Below, one piece after another: positions 30,678 to 42,734 of a stretch of DNA of 64,000 nt. Below the pieces are notes generated by a model. It was not told the DNA's origin, ran no database searches, and saw nothing but the letters and a program-made list of their open reading frames with translations. Numbering within the stretch: the first letter of the stretch is position 1; every line of letters begins with the position of its first letter. The stretch spans positions 64,001 through 128,000 of the forward strand of contig CBDBZY010000043.1 in assembly GCA_965213685.1 (NCBI GenBank). The letters are read 5' to 3'. Made by a program: the position numbers and the translations under genes. This DNA comes from a bacterium. Lineage in GTDB: Bacteria > UBA8248.

Positions 30678-31453
30678 GCGGGGCGTTCGGCCAGGATGAC
30701 GGCCTCCTGCTCGTCGAAGACGTATGCGCCGTCCTCCTCGCGGGGGTTGAGCCAGTATGCGATCGCGGGCGAGGCGGTTTCCAGATATTTCCGGAGCGCC
30801 GCCCTGTCCCCGTCCGTGAGGTGGGGGCGGTTCACCCACTCGGAGAGCACCATCATCTTTCTCAGGGTCTCCGAGTAGAGGACGCGAAAGCCGGCCGCCT
30901 CCAGCATCTCCACTAGGCCGGGCAGGCTGTCGCAGCGGTTGTGACTCGGGTCGCGCCGGCGCTCGAAATCGTTGTAGCTCGCCTGCTCCGCGGGTTCTTC
31001 GGGCGCGATGTTGTCGATGTAGATCAGCCTCCCCCCCGGCTTCAGCACCCGGAACATCTCGCGGATGGCCGCCTGGACGTCGGGAAAGTGGTGCGGCGCG
31101 ATGCGCACCGAGACGGAGTCGAGCGCCTCCCCCCGGACGCTGAGGTGCTCGGCGTCGGTTCGGAGAAACGACACGTTCGGGACGTTTCTCTCCGCGCCAA
31201 GCCTGCGCGCGGAGTCGAGCATCCCGGCGGTCAGGTCGCTCGCGATGACGTGGCGGCACCTGTCCGCCATCCGGTAGGCCGTGTGGCCGGCGCCCGTGGC
31301 GACGTCCAGATGCAGGCCGCCATCGGGGTTCAGCACCTCGGCCGCGCGCGCGAGGGAGCTGCTGCGCGCATGGGGCGCGCTGGTGACGTAGTAGTCGGAA
31401 TCCTGGTTGTATATTCTTTGTACGGCGTCTCGCTGCTCCCTAGACGTGTCCAT
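30674..31453 (-). CDS. Class I SAM-dependent methyltransferase (YcgJ/YafE-like)
   Basis: LDVATGAGHT, RIAPHHFPD, RVLKPGG and RDPSH. Confidence 0.85.
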   Translation of the reverse strand: MDTSREQRDAVQRIYNQDSDYYVTSAPHARSSSLARAAEVLNPDGGLHLDVATGAGHTAYRMADRCRHVIASDLTAGMLDSARRLGAERNVPNVSFLRTDAEHLSVRGEALDSVSVRIAPHHFPDVQAAIREMFRVLKPGGRLIYIDNIAPEEPAEQASYNDFERRRDPSHNRCDSLPGLVEMLEAAGFRVLYSETLRKMMVLSEWVNRPHLTDGDRAALRKYLETASPAIAYWLNPREEDGAYVFDEQEAVILAERPA

Positions 31454-31517
31454 GCGCCTCCTCGTCGGGAATGGGAAAACCGGTTTGCGGGGAGGAGTAT
31501 TTCCCGAAACCCGGGCT

Positions 31518-32159
31518 TCAGGCAAGCGGCGGGAGCGTTCTCAAAATTGCGCGGGCGGGCGCGCCGTCGCGTCCCGGGAGAAGGGCGGGCAGGGCGATGA
31601 GTTCGTAGTCGCCCTCGGGAACGTCCTGGAGGTTCAGCCCTTCGAGCAGGGTGACGCCTGCGGGCATCAGCAGCATGTGAACGGGCACGCCGGTGTCCGG
31701 CGCGTCCACGGAGAGATAGTCCACGCCCAGGAGCGTCATGCCGCACTCGAGCAACAGCCGGGCGGCGTCCGGCGTCATGGAGCAAAAATTCGGATCGTAC
31801 GGCTTTTCCCACCACCTGTTCTGGGAGTTGCGCGTCTTGATGAGGAAGCGCGAGGCGCCCTGGAGGTTTTTCGTTTCGAGCTCCTCGGAGCGCACGCATT
31901 CGGGGTTCTCTATCTCCAGAACCCGGGCGGGGCCCACCAGGGTTTCGAGGCGGAGCGTCTCGATTCCGCCCCCGTCCCGCAGGTAGTGCATGGGGGCGTC
32001 GAGGTGGGTGCCGGTGTGGACGCCGAGGAGGGCTTCCGTCAGACAGACCGCATCCCCCGCCTCGAAGGATGCGTGAAAGCGCATCTTCAGCCCCGGGTTG
32101 CCCGGCCAGATGGGCATTTTCCCCTCCTCCACGGGGACCGAGATGTCGATGATGCCCAT
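31518..32159 (-). CDS. Cyclase family protein (kynurenine formamidase-like)
   Basis: IIDISVP, HTGTHLDAPMH, LGVDYLSV and DGAPARA. Confidence 0.88.
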   Translation of the reverse strand: MGIIDISVPVEEGKMPIWPGNPGLKMRFHASFEAGDAVCLTEALLGVHTGTHLDAPMHYLRDGGGIETLRLETLVGPARVLEIENPECVRSEELETKNLQGASRFLIKTRNSQNRWWEKPYDPNFCSMTPDAARLLLECGMTLLGVDYLSVDAPDTGVPVHMLLMPAGVTLLEGLNLQDVPEGDYELIALPALLPGRDGAPARAILRTLPPLA

Positions 32160-32268
32160 GTGCTTCCTCCGACGACGGGGGCGGTTCCGCACATTATCCT
32201 ACCAGAAAGCGGCCGCGCGCGTCCAGGCGGCGGCTTTTCGGGCGGGGAGGGGCGGGCGGAGGGAGAGC

Positions 32269-33369
32269 CTACCCGTGCACCACGACGCTGCGCGCCACCT
32301 CGCCGTTGATCAGGGCGTCGTAGGCCTCGTTGATCTGCTCTATCGGCCATTGTTTCGTGAGCAGATCGTCCAGGTTCAGCTTCCCCGCCATGTACAGGTC
32401 GATGAGCCTGGGCACCACGAGACGGGGGTTGCATGAGCCGTAGAGGGAGCCGATGAGGCGCTTCTCCTCCGTCACCAGGGCGGTGGGGGGTATGGACATC
32501 CTGGTCCTGACGCCCGCGATTCCCACGATGACGGCCGTCCCCCCCGTGCGCACGCTGTCGAAGGCCGTCGCCATCACCTCCGGCACGCCGATGAACTCGA
32601 AGGCGTAGTGGGCGCCTTTGCCGTTCGTGATCTCCCGGATGGTCTCGACCGCGTCCTCATCCGAGGAGTTCACGACGTGGGTGGCGCCGAACCTTTTGGC
32701 CATCTCCAGCTTGTTCTGCATCAAGTCGACCGCGATGATGGGCTCCGCCCCCACGAGCGCCGCGCCCTGCACCGCGTTCAGCCCCACGCCCCCGGCGCCG
32801 AACACCGCCACGCTCTCGCCCGGGCGCACCTGGGCGGCGTTCGTCACCGCGCCCACCCCCGTGATGACGGCGCAGCTCACCACCGCCGCCTTCTCGAGCG
32901 ACATGTCCTCGCGAATCTTCAGAACCGATTTCTCCGAGACCACCGAATGGGAGCTGAAGGTGGAGACGCCGAGAAAATGATGCACCCGCTCGCCGTTGAT
33001 GGAGAAGCGCGTCGTGCCGTCGGAGAGCGTGCCGTCGGCCCGCATCCGGATGCCCTCGCCGCAGATCGCGGGCCGGCCCGAGAGGCACAGCTCGCAGGCG
33101 CCGCAGCTGTAGCGCCAGACGGAGACCACGTGATCGCCCGGCTTCACGGAACCCACCCCGGGGCCCACCTCCTCCACGACGCCCGCCCCCTCATGTCCCA
33201 TGACGATGGGCGTGGGCACCGGAAACACGCCCGACATGGCGTGGTGGTCGCTGTGGCAAACGCCGCCCGCGCGGTAGCGCACGAGCACCTCCCCCGCCTT
33301 GGGCGGCGCCACCTCGATGGGTTCGATGGTCATCGGCCTGCCGACTTCGTGGAAGATGGCTGCTTTCAT
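32269..33369 (-). CDS. Zn-dependent alcohol dehydrogenase (class III-like)
   Basis: GVCHSD, GHEGAG, CGACELC...C and VFGAGGVG. Confidence 0.92.
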   Translation of the reverse strand: MKAAIFHEVGRPMTIEPIEVAPPKAGEVLVRYRAGGVCHSDHHAMSGVFPVPTPIVMGHEGAGVVEEVGPGVGSVKPGDHVVSVWRYSCGACELCLSGRPAICGEGIRMRADGTLSDGTTRFSINGERVHHFLGVSTFSSHSVVSEKSVLKIREDMSLEKAAVVSCAVITGVGAVTNAAQVRPGESVAVFGAGGVGLNAVQGAALVGAEPIIAVDLMQNKLEMAKRFGATHVVNSSDEDAVETIREITNGKGAHYAFEFIGVPEVMATAFDSVRTGGTAVIVGIAGVRTRMSIPPTALVTEEKRLIGSLYGSCNPRLVVPRLIDLYMAGKLNLDDLLTKQWPIEQINEAYDALINGEVARSVVVHG

Positions 33370-33586
33370 GGATGGGCTCCCCGGTGGATGGAAATGCGCG
33401 AGGGCAGACGTCCGCTGGCGACGCGATTCTCCCATTCATACCGGAAACCCGGCCAGATTGCACCTCCCCTCCCTCCGCTCTCCCGCGCGTTGCAACGCAG
33501 GGGGCGTCCATATATGCTCCTCCCCGTGGCTTGCGGTTTCCGGCGCGGCGGAGTGCGCGGGCGAATCCTTTGGAGGAGATGGGCTC

Positions 33587-33787
33587 TTGCGGGTTCGCGT
33601 GAACGGGAGGGAGGAGGAGCTGGCGGAGGGCGCGACCATCGCGTCCCTTCTCGCTTCCATGGAGCTGGAGGCGCATGGCATCGCCGTGGCGTTGAACATG
33701 GAGATTGTCCGCCGGGGCGAATACGGCGATACGAATCTATCGGATGGGGATGAGGTCGAGATCGTCCGCGCCGTCGGCGGGGGCTGA
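33587..33787 (+). CDS. thiS: Sulfur carrier protein ThiS
   Basis: VRVNG...[10 protein letters not shown]...[13 protein letters not shown] with a C-terminal GG. Confidence 0.92.
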   Translation: MRVRVNGREEELAEGATIASLLASMELEAHGIAVALNMEIVRRGEYGDTNLSDGDEVEIVRAVGGG

Positions 33788-33809
33788 TCGGCGGCGGGAG
33801 GGGAGCGTG

Positions 33810-34583
33810 ATGAGCACGTATGAAATCGGCGGCAAGAGTTTCACTTCTCGTCTGTGGGTGGGCTCCGGCAAGTATCCGAGCTTTGCCGTCATGCGCGACG
33901 CACTCGAGGCGAGCGGGACGGAGATGGTCACCGTCGCCGTGCGCCGCGTGGACCTCGCCGATGATTCGGCGGAAGGTTTCTGGGCGCATTTCGACAGGGG
34001 CAGATATACGATACTGCCCAACACCGCGGGCTGCTACGACGTGAAGAGCGCCGTGACGACGGCGCGGCTGGCGCGCGAGGCCACCGGTTCGGACTTCGTG
34101 AAGGTCGAGGTCATCGGGGATGAGCGCACGCTCTTCCCGGACAACGAGGGACTGCTCGAGGCGTGCAGGATCCTGCTGGACGACGGCTTCATCGTCCTGC
34201 CCTACTGCATCGACGACCCGGTGATTTGCCGGAAGCTCGAAGACCTCGGCTGCCAGGCCGTCATGCCCCTGGCCGCGCCGATCGGCTCCGGCATGGGGAT
34301 ACGAAATCCCTACAACCTGCGCATCATCCTGGAGCAAATCTCGGTTCCCGTCATCGTGGACGCCGGCGTGGGCACCGCCTCGGACGCCGCGGCCGCCATG
34401 GAGCTGGGCGCCGCCGCCGTCCTGATGCAGACCGCCATCGCGGGCGCCGACGACCCGGTGAAGATGGCGCGCGCCATGAACCTGGGCGTCGAGGCGGGCA
34501 GGCTCGCCTACGAGGCGGGACGGATTCCCATGAAGCTCTACGCCACGGCGTCTAGCCCGCTGGCGGGCGTCATCGGCTCCTGA
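33810..34583 (+). CDS. thiG: Thiazole synthase
   Basis: [34 protein letters not shown] and [11 protein letters not shown]. Confidence 0.96.
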   Translation: MSTYEIGGKSFTSRLWVGSGKYPSFAVMRDALEASGTEMVTVAVRRVDLADDSAEGFWAHFDRGRYTILPNTAGCYDVKSAVTTARLAREATGSDFVKVEVIGDERTLFPDNEGLLEACRILLDDGFIVLPYCIDDPVICRKLEDLGCQAVMPLAAPIGSGMGIRNPYNLRIILEQISVPVIVDAGVGTASDAAAAMELGAAAVLMQTAIAGADDPVKMARAMNLGVEAGRLAYEAGRIPMKLYATASSPLAGVIGS

Positions 34584-34599
34584 GTCGGGTTCCGGGAAG

Positions 34600-35226
34600 A
34601 TTTCGGGACAGCAGCTCGACCGGCTGTATCTCATCACGGACAGAAACGCGCCCCGCACCGGGGACTTTCTGGGCGCACTCGAGGCGGCCCTCGCCGGCGG
34701 CGTGCGCTTCGTCCAGTTTCGCGAGAAGGATATGAACCCGCAAGCGCGCCTGCGCTTGGGCGAGCGGGTCGTCTCCCTGGCGCGTGCGCGCGGGGCGCGC
34801 GTGCTGGTGAACGGCGACCCGGCCCTGGCCAAGGCCCTCGGCGCCTCCGGGCTGCACCTCGGCAAGGGGACGGTCTCCATTCCGCAGGTGCGCGCGGCCG
34901 GGTATGCGGGCCTCATCGGCTACTCCGCCCACAGCGGGGAGGAGGCGGCGGGCGCGCTCGCCGAAGGCGCCGATTTCGTGACGCTCAGCCCCGTTTTCCC
35001 GACTCGTAGCAAATTCTCCGCAGGCGCAACCCTCGGGCTCGACGCGCTCGAGCGCGCGGCCGGCGCGTGCGGCGGCCCCGTCTACGCGCTCGGCGGCGTG
35101 GGCGCGGAGAACGCGGCCGGATGCCTGGCGCGCGGGGCGCATGGCGTCGCGCTCATCGGGGCGATCCTGGGGGCGGAGGACCCGGCGCTTGCGGCGCGGG
35201 AGGTGCGCGCGTCCCTCGCGCGCTGA
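34600..35226 (+). CDS. thiE: Thiamine-phosphate synthase (ThiE/TenI family); start uncertain
   Basis: RLYLITDR in frame upstream of VQFREK, then GLHLG, IGYSAH, SPVFPTRSK and YALGGV. Confidence 0.82.
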   Translation: MSGQQLDRLYLITDRNAPRTGDFLGALEAALAGGVRFVQFREKDMNPQARLRLGERVVSLARARGARVLVNGDPALAKALGASGLHLGKGTVSIPQVRAAGYAGLIGYSAHSGEEAAGALAEGADFVTLSPVFPTRSKFSAGATLGLDALERAAGACGGPVYALGGVGAENAAGCLARGAHGVALIGAILGAEDPALAAREVRASLAR

Positions 35227-35347
35227 GCGGCGGCCGGCGGCTCCCCTCCCCGCTGCCCGAGACTTGAGAAATCCCCCTGAATGCCCAACAATGGGAAAAA
35301 TCCCCATCCTTATCGTTTGTGCGTGACCAAACCGGGAGGTGCTCTCA

Positions 35348-37303
<1,956 letters not shown>

Positions 37304-37319
37304 GGGGGATTCTTCAGAA

Positions 37320-38465
37320 ATGAGTTTGGAAGGTATCTTGAAAAAGGCGGTCCAGCGCATTCGCGAAGGCCAGCTCAACAACGAGGCGCAAGTCAAGCAG
37401 TCGGTCATCGTGCCGATTCTGCGCGCCCTGGATTGGGACGACTCCGATCCGGACGAGTGCCGGACGGAATTTTCCGTTGACAACGGCCGCGTGGACTACG
37501 CCCTGCTCCGACCGGACGGCCATCCCCTGGTTTTCATCGAGGCCAAGGCGCTTGGTCGTGCGACCGCCGACGGCGAGGAGCAGGTGTTCAGATACGCCGC
37601 GAACAAAGGCGTTCCGTTTCTCATTCTGACGGACGGCGATTGTTGGGATTTCTACCTGAGCATGGCGGCAGGCCCCCCGGCCGACCGGCGATTTTACCAG
37701 GCGGAATTGACGCGCGCGGAGAGGATTCCCGAATACGTCGAATTTTTCGAGGGACATCTTCAGAAACGCCGCGTCGTCTCGGACGCTGCCCGGCGCGCGG
37801 CAGAGGAGTTGCGCGATAGAGACCGGAAGCGGCAGAGGGCGCGCGCGGTCATTCCAGGTGTCTGGCGCGCCTTGCTGGAGGAGAAGCCCGAAGAGATGCT
37901 GCTGCTCATCGATCTGCTTGAGGAAGAGGTGAAGAAGCGGTGCGGAACCAAGCCGGAGCCGGGGGATGTAGAGGCGTATATCAGGGGGATGCGCTCCGAT
38001 GCCCCGCCGCCAGCCGATCTCCCGCGGAGAACGCCAGCCGCTCGCCCCCCGGCGGTGCCGCCGGCACCCGACCCGCCTGATCCCGGGCCGGAGACAAGAG
38101 ACGGCAAGCGGCCCACAATTATCGGCTTTGAGCTTGATGGCAAGCCCATGAAAAAGGGGAAAAGCGCGAGGACCATGGTCGAAATCCTGAAAACGTTTTC
38201 GGATAAAGACCCCGGCTTCCCGGAGCGCTTCGCCCTCCACTCTCGAACGAAGCGTGCCTCCCCACAACCGAAGGGCAAAAACCCGAAGTTGGCACAAAAC
38301 CGGGCCGGCATGAAAGAGCCTGTCGCTTTGGGGGACGAATGGTTTGTGGATGGCAATTGGCATCGTTGGGGCGTCCAGGAAGCAAGGGAGCTAATCGAGA
38401 TCGCCTGCGAGGTCGCAGGCGTGAAGTTCGGCTCGGAATTGCGGCTGATCGAGCGCGAGCGCTGA
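37320..38465 (+). CDS. HsdR-N-type PD-(D/E)xK nuclease with Pro linker and variable C-terminal domain, copy 1
   Basis: EAQVKQ..I.PIL..LDW, EF...RVDYAL...FIEAK...QVFRYA...ILTDG; no helicase motifs. Confidence 0.8.
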   Translation: MSLEGILKKAVQRIREGQLNNEAQVKQSVIVPILRALDWDDSDPDECRTEFSVDNGRVDYALLRPDGHPLVFIEAKALGRATADGEEQVFRYAANKGVPFLILTDGDCWDFYLSMAAGPPADRRFYQAELTRAERIPEYVEFFEGHLQKRRVVSDAARRAAEELRDRDRKRQRARAVIPGVWRALLEEKPEEMLLLIDLLEEEVKKRCGTKPEPGDVEAYIRGMRSDAPPPADLPRRTPAARPPAVPPAPDPPDPGPETRDGKRPTIIGFELDGKPMKKGKSARTMVEILKTFSDKDPGFPERFALHSRTKRASPQPKGKNPKLAQNRAGMKEPVALGDEWFVDGNWHRWGVQEARELIEIACEVAGVKFGSELRLIERER

Positions 38466-38626
38466 CGCCGGTCGCGCGCCCGGAACCCGGGCGGGCGGGA
38501 AATTCGGTCGGCTCCCAGAGCCTCCGGCAGCATCAGGACGGATAGGGGGGATTGTTCAAATTTTCGCCGAGAACCAATATCAAAACCGCCCGGCAGTATC
38601 AGGACGAGCAGGGAGGATTCTTCAGA

Positions 38627-39754
38627 ATGGCTTTGGAAGGTATCTTGAAAAAGGCGGTCCAGCACATTCGCGGAGGCAAGCTCAACAACGAGGCGCAAGT
38701 CATACAGTCGGTCATCCTGCCGATTCTGCGCGCCATGGATTGGGACTACACCGATCCGGACGAGTGCAAAACGGAATTTCCCGTTGACAAAGGCCGCGTG
38801 GACTACGCCCTGATCCGGCCGGGCGGTGCTCCCCTGGTTTTCATCGAAGCCAAGGCGCTTGGTCGTGCGACCCCTGCCGGCGAGGATCAGGTGTTCAGAT
38901 ACGCCGCGAACAAAGGCGTTCCGTTTCTCATTCTGACGGACGGCGATTGTTGGGATTTCTACCTGAGCATGGCGGACGGCCCCCCGCCCGACCGGCGATT
39001 TTACCGGGCGGAATTGACGCGCGAGGAGAGGATTCCCGACTACGTCGAATTTTTCGAGGAACATCTTCGGAAACACCACGTCATCTCGGGCGATGCCCGA
39101 CGCACGGCGGAGCGGCGGCTCGAGAGTGCCCGGGAGCGGCAGAAGGCGCGCGCGGCCATTCCAGGCGTATGGCGCGCCTTGCTGGAGAAACCCGAAGAGA
39201 TGCTCGTCGATCTGCTCGCCGAAAAGGTGGAGAGCCAGTGCGGAACCAAGCCGGAGCCGAGTGATATAGAGGCGTTTCTCAGGGGGCTTCGCTCTGATGC
39301 CCCGCCGCCAGCCGATCTCCCGCGGAGAACGCCAGCCCCTCGCCCCCCGGCGCCGCCGGCACCCGACCCGCCTGATCCCGGACCGGAGACAAAAGGCCGC
39401 AAGAATTCCAAACTCACCGGCTTTGTCCTGCATGGCAATAGCGTGGAAACGAAGACTGCCAGGAATACCTTGGTCGAAGTCTTGAAAGCGTTTCAGCACA
39501 CGGACCCCGGCTTCCTGGAGCGCCTCGCCCTCGACCCTCGAACGAAGAGTAAATCCCGACGGCTGGTAGCGCGAAAGCGCGAGGAGCTCTATGCCAATGA
39601 TCACGAACGTTGCTTTACAGATTCTGTGCCCCTGGAGAATGGCTGGTGGGTGGGAACCCATGCGAGTAAGGCTTTTATCCGGGGACGCATCGAAATCGCC
39701 TGCGAGGTCGCAGGCGTGAAGTTCGGCTCGGAATTGAGGCTGATCGAGCGCTGA
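38627..39754 (+). CDS. HsdR-N-type nuclease with variable C-terminal domain, copy 2
   Basis: Same motifs (RVDYAL, FIEAK, QVFRYA); paralogue of copy 1. Confidence 0.8.
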   Translation: MALEGILKKAVQHIRGGKLNNEAQVIQSVILPILRAMDWDYTDPDECKTEFPVDKGRVDYALIRPGGAPLVFIEAKALGRATPAGEDQVFRYAANKGVPFLILTDGDCWDFYLSMADGPPPDRRFYRAELTREERIPDYVEFFEEHLRKHHVISGDARRTAERRLESARERQKARAAIPGVWRALLEKPEEMLVDLLAEKVESQCGTKPEPSDIEAFLRGLRSDAPPPADLPRRTPAPRPPAPPAPDPPDPGPETKGRKNSKLTGFVLHGNSVETKTARNTLVEVLKAFQHTDPGFLERLALDPRTKSKSRRLVARKREELYANDHERCFTDSVPLENGWWVGTHASKAFIRGRIEIACEVAGVKFGSELRLIER

Positions 39755-39850
39755 CGCCGGGCGCGCGCCCGGAACCCGGGCGGGCGGGAAATGCGGTCGG
39801 CTCCCAGAGCCTCCGGCAGTATCAGGACGAGCAGGGAGGATTCTTCAGAA

Positions 39851-40945
39851 ATGAGTTTGGAAGGTATCTTGAAAAAGGCGGTCCAGGACATTCGCGCAGG
39901 CAAGCTCAAAAAAGAGGCGCAAGTCAGGCAGGTGGCCATCGTGCCGATTCTGCGCGCCATGGATTGGGACGACACCAATCTGGACGAGTGCGAATCGGAA
40001 TTTTCCGTTGGCAAGGGCTGCGTGGACTACGCCCTGCTCCGACCGGAGGGCGGCGACCCCCTGGTTTTTGTCGAAGCCAAGGCGCCTGGTCGTGCGACCG
40101 CTGCCGGCGAGGAGCAGGTTTTCGGATACGCCGAGAACAAAGGCGTTCCGTTTCTCATTCTGACGGACGGCGATTGTTGGGATTTCTACCTGAGCATGGC
40201 GGAAGGCCCTCCGGCCGACCGGCGATTTTACCGGGCGGAATTGACGCGCGAGGAGAGGATTCCCGAATACGTCGAATTTTTCGAGGAACATCTTCGGAAG
40301 CACCGCGTCGTCTCAGGCGATGCCCAGCAGGCGGCAAAGCAACGGCTCAAGAGCGACCGGGAGCGGCAGAGGGCGCGCGCGGCCATTCCAGGCGCTTGGC
40401 TTACCTTGTTGGAGAAGCCCGAAAAGCCGCTCGTCGAGCTGCTCGTCGAGCAGCTCGAGGATGAGGTGAAGAAGCGGTGCGGAACCAAGCCGGAGTCGGG
40501 TGATGTAGAGGCGTTTGTCATGAGGCTTCGCTCCGATCCCCCGCCGCAATCCGGTTCGCCTGATCCCGGGCCGGAGACAAAAGGCGGCAAGAATTCCAAA
40601 CCCATGAAACTCACCGGCTTTGTCCTGCATGGCAATAGCGTGGAAACGAGGACTGTCAGGAATACCCTGGTCGAAATCTTGAAAGCGTTTCAGCGCGCGG
40701 ACCCGGGATTCCTGGAGCGCCTCGCCCCTCTAACGGAGGGTCGAGCCCGACGGCTGGTGGCGCGAAAGCGCGAGGACCTCTATGCCAATGATCGCGAACG
40801 TTGTTTTAAAGAGTCTGCGTCCCTGGGGGATGGCTGGTGGGTGATGACCAGTGTGGGCACGGACTTCGTCCGGCGACGCATCCGAATCGCCTGCGAGGTC
40901 GCAGGCGTGAAGTTCGGCTCGGAATTGCGGCTGATCGAGCGCTGA
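39851..40945 (+). CDS. HsdR-N-type nuclease with variable C-terminal domain, copy 3
   Basis: Same motifs (CVDYAL, FVEAK, QVFGYA); shorter Pro linker. Confidence 0.8.
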   Translation: MSLEGILKKAVQDIRAGKLKKEAQVRQVAIVPILRAMDWDDTNLDECESEFSVGKGCVDYALLRPEGGDPLVFVEAKAPGRATAAGEEQVFGYAENKGVPFLILTDGDCWDFYLSMAEGPPADRRFYRAELTREERIPEYVEFFEEHLRKHRVVSGDAQQAAKQRLKSDRERQRARAAIPGAWLTLLEKPEKPLVELLVEQLEDEVKKRCGTKPESGDVEAFVMRLRSDPPPQSGSPDPGPETKGGKNSKPMKLTGFVLHGNSVETRTVRNTLVEILKAFQRADPGFLERLAPLTEGRARRLVARKREDLYANDRERCFKESASLGDGWWVMTSVGTDFVRRRIRIACEVAGVKFGSELRLIER

Positions 40946-40953
40946 CGCCGGTC

Positions 40954-40976
40954 GCGCGCCCGGAACCCGGGTGCGC
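40954..40976. terminator. GC-rich hairpin between the convergent nuclease copy 3 and recN (also copied after copies 1 and 2)
   Basis: GCGCGCCCGG-AAC-CCGGGTGCGC; no clear U-tract. Confidence 0.4.
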
Positions 40977-41014
40977 GGGAAATGCGGTCGGCTCCGGCTT
41001 CCGGGTTCCCTCTT

Positions 41015-42727
41015 TCACCCCGCCTTGCCCAGCATCTCGCGCGCGTGTGCGCGCGCCGCGTCCGTGACCTCCAGCCCCGCGCCCATGCGGGCGATCTCCT
41101 CCACCCGCTCCTCGCCGTCGAGAATTTTCACGCGCGCGGCGGTGCGGCCCCCGGAGACGCGCTTCTCGACCCGAAAATGGCGGTCGCCCAAGCTGGCGAC
41201 CTGCGGCAGGTGGGTGACCACGATCACCTGATGGCTGCGGGAGACCTCCTTAAGCTTGCGCCCCACGACCTCCGCCACCGCTCCGCCGACGCCGGCGTCC
41301 ACCTCGTCGAAGATCAGGGTGGGGACCCGCCCGGCGCGCCTCAGAACGGACTCGAGCGCGAGCATCAGCCGGGAGAGCTCGCCGCCCGAGGCTGCGCGCG
41401 CCAGGGGACGCGGCGGCTCGCCCGGGTTGGGGGAGAAGTGGAATTCGGCGCGGTCGACGCCGTCGGCGCGCACCGCAAGCGTTTTTTCGCCGAGGCGGAC
41501 GAAGCCCGCCGGGTCCTCCCGGTGGGTGATGCGCGTTTGAAACCCGGCGTCCGCCAGACCCAGTTCGCCGAGCGCTTTTTCCACCTTCTCATCGAGTGTT
41601 CGGGAGGCGCGCGCCCTTTGCTCCGACAGCCCCCGCGCGGCCTCGGCGACCTCGGCCCGCAGCGCGTCGCGCGCCTCGGCCAGGCGTGCCTCGGCGCCCT
41701 CCTCGTCCGAGATCGCGGCGAGCCCGTTGCGGCATTCCTCCAGAAACGCGAGGCATTCCGCCTCGTCGCTCCCGTATTTGCGGAGCATCTCCCGAACGAG
41801 CGCGCGGCGCGCCTCCAGGGTCTCCAGGCGCCCGGGGTCGTGCGCTATCCCCTCCGCGTAGTCGCGCAGCGCGTCCGCCACGTTTGCGAGCTGCGCCTGT
41901 GCGGATGCGGCCTCCTCCAGCAGCGGGCGCAGGGATTCGTCCAGGGCGGCCATCCCCTCGAGTTCCCGGTGGACTTCGCCCATCTTCTCCACGATGGCCC
42001 CCTCCGCCTCGTGGAGCCGCTCGTAGAGAGAGGCCGCCCCGAGGCCCAGGCGGCCCGCGTTGCGAAGCCGGGGCAGTTCCCCCTCGATCTCCGCCAGCTC
42101 GTCCGGGCGCAGGCCGGCGCCCTCCAGCTCCTCGACCTGGAAGCGCAGGAGGTCCGCCCGCTGGGCGCGCTCCCGGACGCCCGCCCGATGCGCCTGGAGC
42201 TTCTCCTCTGCGGCGGCGAGCCTCCGCACCAGTTCGGCCAGGGAGGTTTTTTGCGCGTTCGCTCCGGCGAAGTCGTCCAGCAGCCCCAGATGGGCGGCGG
42301 GACGAAGGAGCCTCTGTTGCGCGCCCTGGCCGTGGATGTTCACCAGACGCTCGCCCACCGAGGCGAGCAGGGAGGCCGTCCCCAGCGCGCCGTTCAGGTA
42401 GATGCGGCTTCCGCCCGCCGCCGGGAGCCTGCGCCGCACGATGAGTTCGCCCTCCTCCAGCCCCACGCCCGCCTCCTTGAGGAGGGAGCGGGCCTCGAGG
42501 CCGCCGGCGGCGTCGGATACCTCGAAAGCGGATTCGACCACGGCCTCCCTGGCCTGCGCGCGAACGACCTCCCCCCGCGCCCGCGCGCCCAGGGTGAGGT
42601 TCAGGGCGTCGAAGACGATGGATTTTCCCGCCCCCGTCTCCCCAGTCAGGACGTTGAGGCCTGCGCCGAAGGCGATTTCCAGGTCGTCGATGATGGCGAA
42701 ATTCGTGATCCGCAGCAGGCGGAGCAT
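41015..42727 (-). CDS. recN: DNA repair protein RecN
   Basis: LNVLTGETGAGKS, IHGQ, ASGGELSRLML, IFDEVDAGVGG and VTHLPQVA. Confidence 0.95.
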   Translation of the reverse strand: MLRLLRITNFAIIDDLEIAFGAGLNVLTGETGAGKSIVFDALNLTLGARARGEVVRAQAREAVVESAFEVSDAAGGLEARSLLKEAGVGLEEGELIVRRRLPAAGGSRIYLNGALGTASLLASVGERLVNIHGQGAQQRLLRPAAHLGLLDDFAGANAQKTSLAELVRRLAAAEEKLQAHRAGVRERAQRADLLRFQVEELEGAGLRPDELAEIEGELPRLRNAGRLGLGAASLYERLHEAEGAIVEKMGEVHRELEGMAALDESLRPLLEEAASAQAQLANVADALRDYAEGIAHDPGRLETLEARRALVREMLRKYGSDEAECLAFLEECRNGLAAISDEEGAEARLAEARDALRAEVAEAARGLSEQRARASRTLDEKVEKALGELGLADAGFQTRITHREDPAGFVRLGEKTLAVRADGVDRAEFHFSPNPGEPPRPLARAASGGELSRLMLALESVLRRAGRVPTLIFDEVDAGVGGAVAEVVGRKLKEVSRSHQVIVVTHLPQVASLGDRHFRVEKRVSGGRTAARVKILDGEERVEEIARMGAGLEVTDAARAHAREMLGKAG

Positions 42728-42734
42728 GGCGGTC

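Noticed and set aside
33436-33586. TPP riboswitch upstream of thiSGE
   Set aside because: No CTGAGA...CCTGA...GCG.AGGGA core could be found.
38466-39850. Recurring intergenic motifs as CRISPR repeats
   Set aside because: They are more than 1 kb apart, belong to whole-gene duplications, and no cas genes are present.
37320-40945. Diversity-generating retroelement or integron as the source of the nuclease array
   Set aside because: No reverse transcriptase or integrase is present, the differences are not restricted to adenines, and the spacers lack attC RYYYAAC/GTTRRRY ends.
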